A stretch of 64,000 bases of DNA, taken from assembly GCA_050253075.1 (NCBI GenBank), contig JBFWJS010000002.1:32001-96000 (forward strand), in the 5' to 3' direction. The notes under the pieces are model-generated. The model saw only the letters and a program-made list of their open reading frames with translations, searched no databases and had not been told where the DNA came from. Position numbers and translations under genes: made by a program. Numbering within the stretch: position 1 is the stretch's first letter; every line of letters starts with the position of its first letter. Origin of the DNA: Deferribacterales bacterium. Its GTDB lineage: Bacteria > Chrysiogenota > Deferribacteres > Deferribacterales > Geovibrionaceae. Positions 49,341-58,868 of this stretch are shown here, in pieces.

Positions 49341-49954
49341 AACAGTTTCTTCATCAGTCCTTTGACCTTATTCTCCGAGTTGAGCGGAATGCACATCTCT
49401 TCGATAATGTCGGCGAGCAGTACCTCTGCGGGTTCTGCATCCTCGCCTTTATTGGACTTAGAGCGTTTCTGTATTTCGGCAGACCATATGACCTCGCCCG
49501 ACTCTATCTTCAGCAGCTTGGCTGTGAGGTGAGCCTCGGAGAAGAGTATCAGACCATTCCTTTCAGACTGTTTCAGCGATACCAGATTACCCGTGAGGAT
49601 ACTGTCTGCACCCATAGCGGAAAGCCTCTGCAGGGTAGCATCATTCAGCACGCCTGCGAGGGAAGATTTATTCTGAAAGCCGACCTCATACATGATCTTT
49701 TTGATGTCGTTCCTATCCATAAGGGAGAAAATCTCACTGCCTACAAGCTCCGCAGTGAATTTATCTGCGATGACGGAAGGGTTGTACTTCATCCCCTCGT
49801 TAGTATTGAAATCAACAATGGCGACTCTGTTCACCGTGGCAGGGTCAAAGCTGGGCGAAGTTTTGATCTTTTGTATGCCGACTACAGTCTTCGGACCGCC
49901 GACACAGGCAGTAAGCATGATCGCAATTGTAAGAAATATCAGAGCTCGTTTCAT
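49337..49954 (-). CDS. lipoprotein, CsgG/LpoB-like fold
   Basis: lipobox LTAC; RVAIVDF, DR.....I..E, GAD.ILTG, KIESGEVIW. Confidence 0.75.
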   Translation of the reverse strand: MKRALIFLTIAIMLTACVGGPKTVVGIQKIKTSPSFDPATVNRVAIVDFNTNEGMKYNPSVIADKFTAELVGSEIFSLMDRNDIKKIMYEVGFQNKSSLAGVLNDATLQRLSAMGADSILTGNLVSLKQSERNGLILFSEAHLTAKLLKIESGEVIWSAEIQKRSKSNKGEDAEPAEVLLADIIEEMCIPLNSENKVKGLMKKLF

Positions 49955-50022
49955 CGTATCCCCCTTTGGATGTCTTCACATTTTATTATAATGGATGCGC
50001 AGGGGTCAACAGTTTTAACGTA

Positions 50023-50361
50023 TTAAGATATGTCGTCTATTGTTTTGGTAAGTTTCAGAAGTTTCCGCTTGAGGAGCTCTTTCCTTTTGACAAGGTGTTC
50101 GGGGTCTTTTCCGTCGTCGTCGAGCAGCTTCAGCCTTTCGCATATCTCTCTTATCTTTTCGGCTGCCATCTTATACTGACGCTGTTTTCTGTCTACGGAT
50201 GTAAGGTCTACGTGATTTATGTTTGAATCGTTTGCGGTGCGCACGATATCTCTGTCCAGATTGAAAAAGAACTCGCTCATACGGTAAAACGTACTGAGCC
50301 TGTTCATAAGAGATATTTTATCCTCGACAAGTAATCCTTGTTTGTTCAAAGGCGAAGCCAC
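50023..50361 (-). CDS. hypothetical protein, helical/coiled-coil
   Basis: GGAG RBS before GTG; 112 aa ORF filling the gap between rnfB and the lipoprotein gene. Confidence 0.65.
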   Translation of the reverse strand: MASPLNKQGLLVEDKISLMNRLSTFYRMSEFFFNLDRDIVRTANDSNINHVDLTSVDRKQRQYKMAAEKIREICERLKLLDDDGKDPEHLVKRKELLKRKLLKLTKTIDDIS

Positions 50362-50532
50362 AAACTACACTCCAAAGTCATATTTAGTGGTGCAGGAATC
50401 TTACTGAGGAAGGTTTTTCCTAAATCTCAGCACTGCAACAATTTATATTTTCAAAGGCAGTTTGCTACTATCCCTATGAGCCGTCAAAATACGGCATGAA
50501 ATATAAATCGTCATTATTGCGTCGAATTTAAG

Positions 50533-51330
50533 TTAAATTTTCAGATTTTTGAAATTTCTTATCGCGCCTGTCGGACAGACCTTCTCACACTCACCGCATG
50601 CGGTGCATGGCACAGGGTCTATAACCGCCAGAAAACTGTCCACGTCGATAGCCCCGACAGGGCATTTCTTCTCACACATCTTACAGCCGATGCAACCCAC
50701 CTTGCAAGCTTTTTTAACATCCGGACCTTTGTCTTTCGACATACAGGACACGATGAAAGGCTTATCCTCGGGTATCAGCTTTATGAGCTTTCTAGGGCAC
50801 GCAGCGACACACTTACCGCAGGAAGTACACTTATCAGGCACTATCCTCGGTATGCCGTCCTTGCCCATATACATAGCGTCAAAGGCGCATGACTTCACAC
50901 AGCTCCCCTCACCAACACATGCATATGTGCAGAGCTTCTTTCCCCCTGCGAGGAGCGTCACGCTGTTGCAGTCGCGCGGGCCGTAGTATTCATACTTTTC
51001 CACGCCGTTTTCCATACCGCCGTTACAGCAGACCCTTGCGACCCTTTTAGAGCCTGTGGAGACCTGCATACCCATGTATGATGCGATATCCTTAGCCAGC
51101 TGTTTACCGCCGACGGGGCATGCATCGGGTGCTGCCTTTCCTGCTACTATCGCCTCGGCGAGAGCCATACAGCCGGGGTATCCGCATCCGCCGCAGTTCG
51201 CAGCGGGGAGCATCTCATTTATCTTTTCGATGCGTTCGTCTTTTACCACTTTAAATTTCTGTGAGGCATACATCAGCCCCAGACCTGCGATGAAGCCTGT
51301 TGCCGCCATTGTTATTATCGCTGCTATCAT
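50533..51330 (-). CDS. rnfB: Rnf complex subunit B (polyferredoxin type)
   Basis: N-terminal TM, LP.ANCGGCGYPGC, several CxxCxxCxxxCP clusters. Confidence 0.94.
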   Translation of the reverse strand: MIAAIITMAATGFIAGLGLMYASQKFKVVKDERIEKINEMLPAANCGGCGYPGCMALAEAIVAGKAAPDACPVGGKQLAKDIASYMGMQVSTGSKRVARVCCNGGMENGVEKYEYYGPRDCNSVTLLAGGKKLCTYACVGEGSCVKSCAFDAMYMGKDGIPRIVPDKCTSCGKCVAACPRKLIKLIPEDKPFIVSCMSKDKGPDVKKACKVGCIGCKMCEKKCPVGAIDVDSFLAVIDPVPCTACGECEKVCPTGAIRNFKNLKI

Positions 51331-51338
51331 ATGCTCAC

Positions 51339-51911
51339 CTACACCAGCCCGCTGAAGCCCATAAAGGCGAGAGCGAGTATCCCCGCAGTGATGAATGCTA
51401 TAGGCATACCACGGAAATAATACGGAATGTCAGACAGGTCTATACGTTCCCTTATACCCGCAAAGAGCACCAGAGCCAGCCCGAAACCGAGTGCCGAGCC
51501 GATGGTGAACACGAGCATCTGAACGAATGTGTATCCTACCTGAATGTTTATTATAGCCGCACCGAGGATGGCGCAGTTGGTCGTTATCAGAGGGAGGAAG
51601 ATACCCAGAGACTGATAAAGGTCCGGAGATGTCTTCTCTATCACCATCTCCACAAACTGTACGAGGGAGGCGATGATAAGGATGAAAACGATGGTCTGAA
51701 GGTATTGCAGGCCGAACTTATTCAGCACGGTATACTGCACTATCCATGTTATAACACCCGCCACAGCCATTACAAATGTAACGGCGAGACTCATGCCTAT
51801 GGCTGTCTCCACCTTTTTAGAAACGCCGAAGAAAGGGCATATACCGAGGAATCTTGCGAGTACGAGGTTGTTAACCAGTACTGCGCCGACAAAGATGACG
51901 AATAATTCCAT
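51339..51911 (-). CDS. rnfA: Rnf complex subunit A
   Basis: VNN.VL..FLGICPF.GVS, LPLITTNCAILG. Confidence 0.95.
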   Translation of the reverse strand: MELFVIFVGAVLVNNLVLARFLGICPFFGVSKKVETAIGMSLAVTFVMAVAGVITWIVQYTVLNKFGLQYLQTIVFILIIASLVQFVEMVIEKTSPDLYQSLGIFLPLITTNCAILGAAIINIQVGYTFVQMLVFTIGSALGFGLALVLFAGIRERIDLSDIPYYFRGMPIAFITAGILALAFMGFSGLV

Positions 51912-52519
51912 TATTCACCCCCTCTTTTCACACGTTTGCGCTCTTCGACAAAGTTATAAAGCATCATAAGGAATCCGAGGGCGATGAACGCACCGGGGGG
52001 AAGTATCATAACGATAGAAGGCTTAAACCCTGCACCGAAAAGGTCGAATCCCATGACAGAGCCGTTCCCCAAGACCTCACGCACTGCACCGAGCACAAAC
52101 AGAGCAAGGGTAAACCCGAGCCCCGTACCCACGGCATCCAGTATAGAGCTGAAAAGCCCGTTCTTCGAAGCGAAGCTCTCCGCACGCCCGAGTACGACAC
52201 AGTTCACAACTATCAGCGGGATGAAAAGCCCGAGAACTTTATGCAGGTCATGCACGTACGCATTCATCACAAGGTCCACCACCGTCACAAAGCTGGCGAT
52301 GATAACGATATAGGCTGGTATGCGCACCTTTGCGGGTATCAGGTTTTTCACCAGAGACACCACAGAGTTAGAACCTATCAGAACAGCAGTGGTGGCAAGC
52401 CCCATCCCTATTCCGTTTATGGCAGATGTAGTAACGGCAAGCGCAGGACAAAGCCCGAGCACCTGCTTCATTACAGGGTTGTTTCCGAAAATTCCGTTGG
52501 TGAAGGTTTTAAAGTCCAT
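51911..52519 (-). CDS. rnfE: Rnf complex subunit E
   Basis: LGLCPALAVTT, FIPLIVVNC..LGRAE, LPPGAF. Confidence 0.95.
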   Translation of the reverse strand: MDFKTFTNGIFGNNPVMKQVLGLCPALAVTTSAINGIGMGLATTAVLIGSNSVVSLVKNLIPAKVRIPAYIVIIASFVTVVDLVMNAYVHDLHKVLGLFIPLIVVNCVVLGRAESFASKNGLFSSILDAVGTGLGFTLALFVLGAVREVLGNGSVMGFDLFGAGFKPSIVMILPPGAFIALGFLMMLYNFVEERKRVKRGGE

Positions 52520-53073
52520 CAGTTCGCCTCCACAGCATATCGCCCGAGGAAATCAAGGGCACTGTTCACAGCTTCGCACACCGCACGTGGTGATATCGTA
52601 GCTCCGCTGAATTCGTCTATGTCTCCACCGTCTTTCTTAACGGCGATCTTTGAGTCTTTACCCAGCCCGACAAATGTGTCTTTCCAGCTTTTATCCTCGA
52701 TCTTATTACCCAGACCGGGGGTCTCCGCATGCTGGAGTATCTCTACGCCGAGTATCTTTCCGTGTGTGTCCACACCCACGAGGATGCCGATATCACCGGA
52801 GTATCCCTTCGGCGATACGGAGCGCACGGCGTATCCGAAGACCTCTCCGCCTTTGCGTCCGATGTATATCTTCTTCCCTTCCATGTCTTTGAAATCAAGG
52901 TCGGGCTCGTTGTCGAATCCGGGCAGAACAACCTTCAGACCTTTCAGGAAGTCTTTGCGGTATTCCTCTGCTATCTTATCCTTTGTGCCCGAATATACGG
53001 TGGAAAGGATAAGGGATGATATCAGTGTGATGACGATGAGCACTATCACCATCTTTATCGGAGAGTTCTTCAT
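52519..53073 (-). CDS. rnfG: Rnf complex subunit G
   Basis: GYSGDI, HAETPGLG, FSGATIS FMN-binding motif. Confidence 0.94.
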   Translation of the reverse strand: MKNSPIKMVIVLIVITLISSLILSTVYSGTKDKIAEEYRKDFLKGLKVVLPGFDNEPDLDFKDMEGKKIYIGRKGGEVFGYAVRSVSPKGYSGDIGILVGVDTHGKILGVEILQHAETPGLGNKIEDKSWKDTFVGLGKDSKIAVKKDGGDIDEFSGATISPRAVCEAVNSALDFLGRYAVEAN

Positions 53074-54059
53074 TTCGAAGCCTCCCCGAAGCTCTTCGGA
53101 CGCATGTAGTTGTCGAGAAGCGGCACGAAGGCATTCATTATAAGTATGGCAAAGCCGACCCCCTCGGGATAGCTGCCGAAAAGTCTGATAATAACGGTAA
53201 TAAGACCGCAGCCAAATCCGAAGATGAGCTGAGCCCTTTTCACCATAGGAGATGTGACATAGTCTGTAGCCATGAAGAAAGCACCGAGCATCACACCGCC
53301 GCTGACGATGTGCAGCACGGGGTTGATGGTCTGATCCGGTGCAATCAGCCAGTATACGCCTGTCAGCGCAAATACCGTACCGATGAATGAAACAGGGATG
53401 TGCCAGCTTATCACACGCTGCTGGAGAAGCATAAAACCGCCGAGCATAACGAGCAGAGCGGAATCACCGCCGAGACATCCGCTGACATTACCTATCAGCT
53501 GATCCATAATGGGGGCGATATTCCCCGCTACTACGTGCCCCTGACTAAGCAGGTCGGCCTTCATAGAGCCGAGAGGCGTAGCAGTCGAAACAGCGTCGAA
53601 GACAAGACCGTTCTTCACCGTCTGTGGGACTATCCATGCGGTCATCTCCGCAGGCCATGCGATCAGCAGAAACACCCTGCCCACCAGAGCGGGGTTGAAA
53701 GGGTTCTGCCCTAGCCCGCCATAGACGGATTTGCTAACGATTATAGCCACGAAAGAACCTACCAGCATAAGCCACCACGGAGCCCCCGCAGGCATGTTCA
53801 TAGCCAGCAGAAAGCCCGTCAGCAGTGCCGAATTATCCTTTATCTGCGATTCCCTGCCCGATATCTTATCAAAGAGATATTCGAAGCCGACACAGAACAG
53901 GATAGTGAGCAGGTAGCCCTTCACGGCGTAATGTCCGTAGAAATATATAGAGCCTATCATCGACGGCATAAGAGCTGCCACGACAAGCATCATTACCTTA
54001 TTGGTTGTCATCGGGTCACGATCATGGGGAGAGAACATAACCATAAGTTTATCAGCCAT
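53070..54059 (-). CDS. rnfD: Rnf complex subunit D
   Basis: SPH, GGLGQNPFNPA, STATP, FFMATDYVTSP, YPEGV.FAIL; start reset to ATG 54059. Confidence 0.95.
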   Translation of the reverse strand: MADKLMVMFSPHDRDPMTTNKVMMLVVAALMPSMIGSIYFYGHYAVKGYLLTILFCVGFEYLFDKISGRESQIKDNSALLTGFLLAMNMPAGAPWWLMLVGSFVAIIVSKSVYGGLGQNPFNPALVGRVFLLIAWPAEMTAWIVPQTVKNGLVFDAVSTATPLGSMKADLLSQGHVVAGNIAPIMDQLIGNVSGCLGGDSALLVMLGGFMLLQQRVISWHIPVSFIGTVFALTGVYWLIAPDQTINPVLHIVSGGVMLGAFFMATDYVTSPMVKRAQLIFGFGCGLITVIIRLFGSYPEGVGFAILIMNAFVPLLDNYMRPKSFGEASK

Positions 54060-55362
54060 TTTTGTTCTCCTCTCTCGCACGCAGTATGCCCGCCACGATA
54101 CGTTTCGATGTTTTAAATCCGCTGGCGAGCGTCCTTCGGGAAGGACAAACGTAAGAACAGCATCCGCATTCGATACAGTTCATAACGTGCCAGTCGGCTA
54201 ATGATTCATACAGCTCCTTTATAACGAACCTGTCCATCGCAGAAGGTATGAGCCCCATCGGGCATGCCTCGATACACCTTCCGCAGCGCATACATTTGTA
54301 CTGCTTCAGGTCGGGCATATCTTCCTCACGGTATACCAGGATACCGCTTGTCCCCTTCATCACAGGGGTGTCTATTGTTGTGATAGCGAGCCCCATCATA
54401 GGTCCGCCCATTACTATCTTTTTCGGTTTCCCCGTAAAGCCTCCGCAGTATTCGATGAGCTTTGAAACTGGTGTCCCCACCCTGACCATAAGGTTCTTCG
54501 GCTCTTTCACTGCGCCCGTCACGGTCACCATCCTCTCATACAGAGGCTTTTTATGCTCTACGACATCATATATCGCAGCGCATGTGCCCACGTTGTGCAC
54601 TATAACGCCGACCTCCATAGGGAGCTGGCCTTCGGGCACGACTCTGTCGAGGCAGGCTTTGATGAGCTGTTTCTCACCGCCCTGTGGATATTTAACCTCA
54701 AGCTCCACAAGCTCAAAGTTGTATTCTTTCTCATATTTTTTAAATGCCGCTATGGCATCGGGTTTGTTCTTTTCTATGCCGACCACGAGTCTTTCGAGGT
54801 TCAGCTTTTCACGGATGATGGATGCGCCCTTTATGATGTCTTCGGTACGCTCCAGCATTATACGGTGGTCACATGTGAGGTAAGGCTCGCATTCTGCACC
54901 GTTTATCAGAAGCGCATCAACATCTTTCGGCGGAGACAGCTTTACGTGTGAAGGGAATGTCGCTCCACCCATACCCGCAATACCGCCGAACATGACGGCA
55001 CGCTGAAATGTCGCAGCGTCCTCCAGAGGCATGTAGCCGTCGCCGACCTCCTCGACCTCTATGCTGACACCGGGGACACGCCCGCCCACAGGGTGCGGCA
55101 CTGTGCCTACGGCGACAACCTTCCCCGTAACGGAGCTGTGAATGGTGGTGCTGATGAATCCCGCTGCTTCGCCTATCGGCTCGCCTGTTTTCACCTGCTG
55201 ATTCTTTTTGACGAGAACCTTCGCAGGGGCTCCGATGTGCTGTGCCAGCGGTATATGGACGACCTCGCCTACTTCGACTGGCAGGGTCTCTACAGATTTA
55301 GCCTCTGTGGCGGACTTGTTATACTTTGGGTGTATTCCGCCTTTAAATCCGAAATATGGCAT
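54052..55362 (-). CDS. rnfC: Rnf complex subunit C
   Basis: F.GGIHP, QHIGAPA, GMGGATFP, NGAECEPYLTCD, YPQGGEKQL, two 4Fe-4S motifs. Confidence 0.96.
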   Translation of the reverse strand: MPYFGFKGGIHPKYNKSATEAKSVETLPVEVGEVVHIPLAQHIGAPAKVLVKKNQQVKTGEPIGEAAGFISTTIHSSVTGKVVAVGTVPHPVGGRVPGVSIEVEEVGDGYMPLEDAATFQRAVMFGGIAGMGGATFPSHVKLSPPKDVDALLINGAECEPYLTCDHRIMLERTEDIIKGASIIREKLNLERLVVGIEKNKPDAIAAFKKYEKEYNFELVELEVKYPQGGEKQLIKACLDRVVPEGQLPMEVGVIVHNVGTCAAIYDVVEHKKPLYERMVTVTGAVKEPKNLMVRVGTPVSKLIEYCGGFTGKPKKIVMGGPMMGLAITTIDTPVMKGTSGILVYREEDMPDLKQYKCMRCGRCIEACPMGLIPSAMDRFVIKELYESLADWHVMNCIECGCCSYVCPSRRTLASGFKTSKRIVAGILRAREENKNG

Positions 55363-55363
55363 A

Positions 55364-55825
55364 TCAAAACGTTCCTTTCGGCTCGTATTTTATCAATTGT
55401 ATCTTTTTTTCGTAGAACATCTCTTCAGCGAGAGGATCCGCATAGTCCTGTTCGTATATGACCTTTGTGATGCCTGAGTTGCATATCATCTTTGCGCATA
55501 TGGAGCACGGCTTTGTGTTGCAGTAGAGCACTGCGCCGTTGATGCTGATGCCGTGATAGGCAGCCTGTACGATGGCATTCTGTTCTGCGTGCAGTCCGCG
55601 GCATATCTCATGCCTCTGCCCCGAAGGTATCTTCATCTGTTCACGCAGACAGCCTGTCTCGCTGCAATGTCTGATTCCGCTGGGCACTCCGTTGTACCCT
55701 GTGGCGAGGATGTGATGGTTCTTGACGATGAGCGCCCCTACCTGTCTTCTCAGGCATGTGGAGCGTTTTTTGACGACATTGGTCATCTCAATAAAATAAT
55801 CGTCCCAGTCAGGTCTTTCGTGCAT
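55364..55825 (-). CDS. dCMP deaminase family (ComEB-like)
   Basis: RPDWDDYF, RSTCLRRQVGA, TGYNG, HAEQNA, PCSIC. Confidence 0.93.
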   Translation of the reverse strand: MHERPDWDDYFIEMTNVVKKRSTCLRRQVGALIVKNHHILATGYNGVPSGIRHCSETGCLREQMKIPSGQRHEICRGLHAEQNAIVQAAYHGISINGAVLYCNTKPCSICAKMICNSGITKVIYEQDYADPLAEEMFYEKKIQLIKYEPKGTF

Positions 55826-55871
55826 AAGTGTCTCCTTATGACAGAACCTGCGGTCTCATGAATATTAAAAC

Positions 55872-55960
55872 GTCACCCTGAGGAAAAGCCTGGCTTTGAC
55901 GTCAGGGTCTCAGCTTCTGTCTGAGATTCTCACGCTGCTATTCAAGCAGCTCAGAATGAC
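55872..55960. repeat. CGTC-type palindromic repeat, copy D
   Basis: GTCACCCTGAG...GTCTCAG-cttctgt-CTGAGATTCTCACG...CTCAGAATGAC; ends like copy A. Confidence 0.75.
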
Positions 55961-55964
55961 TTAG

Positions 55965-55994
55965 TGTGGCTTGCCGTTTACACGGCAAACCACA
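55965..55994. other. stem-loop just after glyA stop, no U tract
   Basis: TGTGGCTTGCCGT-TTAC-ACGGCAAACCACA. Confidence 0.55.
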
Positions 55995-56002
55995 TACTAT
56001 TT

Positions 56003-57262
56003 CTAATAGAGTTTCCCTTTATAAAGCGGGAAATTTCCGCAAAGTTCTTTGATTCTGCCTTTAACCTCTTCGATCTTGGCATCATTATCTATATTGTCGA
56101 GCACGTCGGCTATAGCGTTACCTATAACCACCATCTCAGGCTCTTTCATGTTACGGCTGGTAACGGCAGGAGCACCGAGACGGATACCGCTTGTCACGAA
56201 AGGACTGCGTGTCTCGAATGGTATCGTGTTTTTATTGGCGGTAATGTTCGCCTTGCCGAGAGCGGCTTCGGCGTCTTTACCTGTTATATCCTGTTTTGTG
56301 AGGTCCACGAGCATCAGGTGGTTGTCTGTTCCGCCGGATACTATTCTGTAGCCTCTTTCCATAAGTGTGGCAGCGAGCTTCTTAGCGTTTGCGGCTACCT
56401 GCTTCTGGTATTCCTTAAACTCAGGAGAGAGAGCCTCTTTAAAAGCGGCAGCCTTTGCAGCGATAACGTGCATGAGAGGTCCGCCCTGAGAACCTGGGAA
56501 TATCCTTGAGTTGATCTTTTTAGCGATCTCTTCATCGTTTGTAAGGATGATACCGCCTCTTGGTCCTCTCAGAGTTTTATGTGTTGTCGATGTTGTTATG
56601 TGTGCGTATTCTGTCGGGCTCGGGTGTACGCCTGCGGCAACGAGTCCTGCGAAGTGCGCCATATCCACCACAAGGTAAGCACCGACCATATCAGCTATCT
56701 CACGGAAACGCTTGAAGTCGATGATGCGCGGATAAGCAGATGCGCCGGCTATGATGAGCTTCGGCTTGTGCTCTTTCGCAAGTGCTTCGAGTGCTTCGTA
56801 GTCTATTGTCTCAGTATCTTCGGAAACACCGTAAGGCACTACGTTATACAGCTTTCCTGAAAAGTTTACAGGGCTGCCGTGTGTGAGGTGTCCGCCGTGG
56901 GAGAGGTTCATGCCGAGTATGGTGTCGCCCGGCTCGATGAGAGCGAAGTAAGCAGCCATATTAGCCTGGCTTCCCGAGTGCGGCTGAACGTTTGCGTATT
57001 TAACATTGAAGAGCTCTTTCACTCTTTCGATAGCGAGCTTTTCAGCTATATCGACGAATTCGCATCCGCCGTAGTATCTCTTATCAGGATATCCTTCTGC
57101 GTATTTGTTTGTCAGCACAGAGCCCTGTACTTCCATCACGGCAGGGGAAACAAAGTTTTCGCTGGCGATCAGCTCAACGTGTGTTTCCTGTCTTTCGACT
57201 TCTTTCATCATTGCATCGTATAATTCAGGATCAAATCCTTTGGTCAGTTCGTAAAGACCCAT
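56003..57262 (-). CDS. glyA: serine hydroxymethyltransferase
   Basis: [39 protein letters not shown]. Confidence 0.98.
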   Translation of the reverse strand: MGLYELTKGFDPELYDAMMKEVERQETHVELIASENFVSPAVMEVQGSVLTNKYAEGYPDKRYYGGCEFVDIAEKLAIERVKELFNVKYANVQPHSGSQANMAAYFALIEPGDTILGMNLSHGGHLTHGSPVNFSGKLYNVVPYGVSEDTETIDYEALEALAKEHKPKLIIAGASAYPRIIDFKRFREIADMVGAYLVVDMAHFAGLVAAGVHPSPTEYAHITTSTTHKTLRGPRGGIILTNDEEIAKKINSRIFPGSQGGPLMHVIAAKAAAFKEALSPEFKEYQKQVAANAKKLAATLMERGYRIVSGGTDNHLMLVDLTKQDITGKDAEAALGKANITANKNTIPFETRSPFVTSGIRLGAPAVTSRNMKEPEMVVIGNAIADVLDNIDNDAKIEEVKGRIKELCGNFPLYKGKLY

Positions 57263-57288
57263 AATATAATTCCCTTCCCTTTAAGAAC

Positions 57289-57741
57289 TTACTTCCAGCT
57301 GTCCGCTGCAAGCTCGTCGAGTTTATCTATTCTGCGCTGGTGTCTGCCCCCTTCAAAGTCAGTTTCGAGGAAGAGGTCCACCATATCTTTTGCTCTGTCT
57401 ATTGTTGTTATCCTGCCGCCTATTGCCATGATGTTTGCGTCGTTGTGCTGCCTGCACATCTTCGCAGTATAAGCATCAAAGCAGAGCGCGGCACGTATGC
57501 CTTTAAACTTGTTTGCGGCGATGGATATGCCTATTCCTGAACCGCACATGATGATGGCGCAGTCTGCCTCACCGTTTATAATAGCCTGAGCTGCCTTTGC
57601 TCCGTATTCAGGGTAGTCCACGGATTCCTCAGAGTTTGTCCCGAGGTCGATCAGTTCATAATTCTTTGATTTGAGGTAGTCGATTATCTCGCCTTTGAGC
57701 TGATATCCGCCGTGGTCAGATGCAAGTGCTACTTTTTTCAC
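57289..57741 (-). CDS. rpiB: ribose-5-phosphate isomerase B
   Basis: SDHGG, VDYP, CGSGIG, ANK..GIRAA, HNDAN, FEGGRH..R. Confidence 0.96.
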   Translation of the reverse strand: MKKVALASDHGGYQLKGEIIDYLKSKNYELIDLGTNSEESVDYPEYGAKAAQAIINGEADCAIIMCGSGIGISIAANKFKGIRAALCFDAYTAKMCRQHNDANIMAIGGRITTIDRAKDMVDLFLETDFEGGRHQRRIDKLDELAADSWK

Positions 57742-57889
57742 AAAAACTCCATTGCGTGTTCTAAAATAAGTACACGCCTTATCTTTATAAATAGCAGTAG
57801 TTTAAACAGTTAATAACCAAATATAAACAGCTTATAAAACTTCGATTTTAAGATTTCAAAAATAATAGCATAACTGTTTTAAACTTCAA

Positions 57890-57920
57890 CCACTATATTT
57901 AGTTTTTTGATATCTGGTAT
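57890..57920. promoter_or_regulatory. candidate NrdR box plus adjacent partial box upstream of rpiB
   Basis: ccaCtAtATtTaGttt (57890-57905) and ttttgAtATcTgGtat (57905-57920). Confidence 0.5.
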
Positions 57921-57958
57921 CGAACTATAGTATTTGACTATAGCAGAGAGCCCGTAAA

Positions 57959-58867
57959 CTATTCGTTTCTTGGAATAGCGAGCATTCTGTCGATACAGGT
58001 AACAGCCTTTTTCGTTATCTCCGGGTCCACGGTGATGACATTGCTCATATCACGCAGACACTCATAGACATTTTTAAGGGTCGTCTTCTTCATATTTTTA
58101 CATACGAAATCATCATATGCAAAGATAAACTCCTTATCGGGGTTTTCTTTTCTGAGACGGTATCCGACACCCTTCTCTGTTCCTATTATGAACTGCTTTT
58201 TATCGCTGTTCTTGCAGTATCCGTACAGTCCGGATGTGGAGCAGACGTGATGCGCCATCTCTACCACCGCAGGCGGGCACTCAGGATGAGCGACAAACTC
58301 TGCGTCAGGGTATTTAGCCATCATATCTTCCACCTGCTTGGGTGTCAGTCTGTTATGTATCGGGCAGAAGCCCGGGTAGAGGATGACCTCTTTATCGGTG
58401 AACCTCTGTACGTAGTGACCGAGGTTTTTATCAGGTACAAATATTATCTGGTCTGACTCGATGCTCTTGATGACGTTAACGGCGTTTCCTGATGTACAGC
58501 AGAGGTCGCACTCTGATTTAACATCTGCGCTGGAGTTCACGTAGCATACGGTCGTTGCATTTGGATAGTCTTTCTTGAACTCACGCAGTTTTTCGCCTGT
58601 GATCATATCTGCCATCGGGCAGCCTGCGTCGAGGTTCGGCAGGAGAACAGTCTTATCCGGCGCCAGCATATGCGCTGTTTCTGCCATGAAGTGCACACCG
58701 CAGAAGACTATTACTTTATTTTCGACCTTTGCGGCCTCTATGGAAAGTCCGAGTGAGTCGCCCACGATGTCGGCGAGCTCCTGAATCTCATCTATCTGAT
58801 AGTTATGGGCAAGGATGACGGCATCCCTCTCTTTGGCTAGTTTCTTTATCTCAGCCTTGTAGTCCAT
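57959..58867 (-). CDS. nadA: quinolinate synthase
   Basis: [37 protein letters not shown]. Confidence 0.97.
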   Translation of the reverse strand: MDYKAEIKKLAKERDAVILAHNYQIDEIQELADIVGDSLGLSIEAAKVENKVIVFCGVHFMAETAHMLAPDKTVLLPNLDAGCPMADMITGEKLREFKKDYPNATTVCYVNSSADVKSECDLCCTSGNAVNVIKSIESDQIIFVPDKNLGHYVQRFTDKEVILYPGFCPIHNRLTPKQVEDMMAKYPDAEFVAHPECPPAVVEMAHHVCSTSGLYGYCKNSDKKQFIIGTEKGVGYRLRKENPDKEFIFAYDDFVCKNMKKTTLKNVYECLRDMSNVITVDPEITKKAVTCIDRMLAIPRNE

Positions 58868-58868
58868 A

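Noticed and set aside
50440..50480. GCAAAC motif suggesting a c-di-GMP-I riboswitch
   Set aside because: The GNRA-capped P2 and the following GRCGCAAA segment are missing
9402..55960. Palindromic repeats as a possible CRISPR array or integron attC sites
   Set aside because: Copies are dispersed and divergent, not regularly spaced; no cas or integrase gene; no RYYYAAC...GTTRRRY ends
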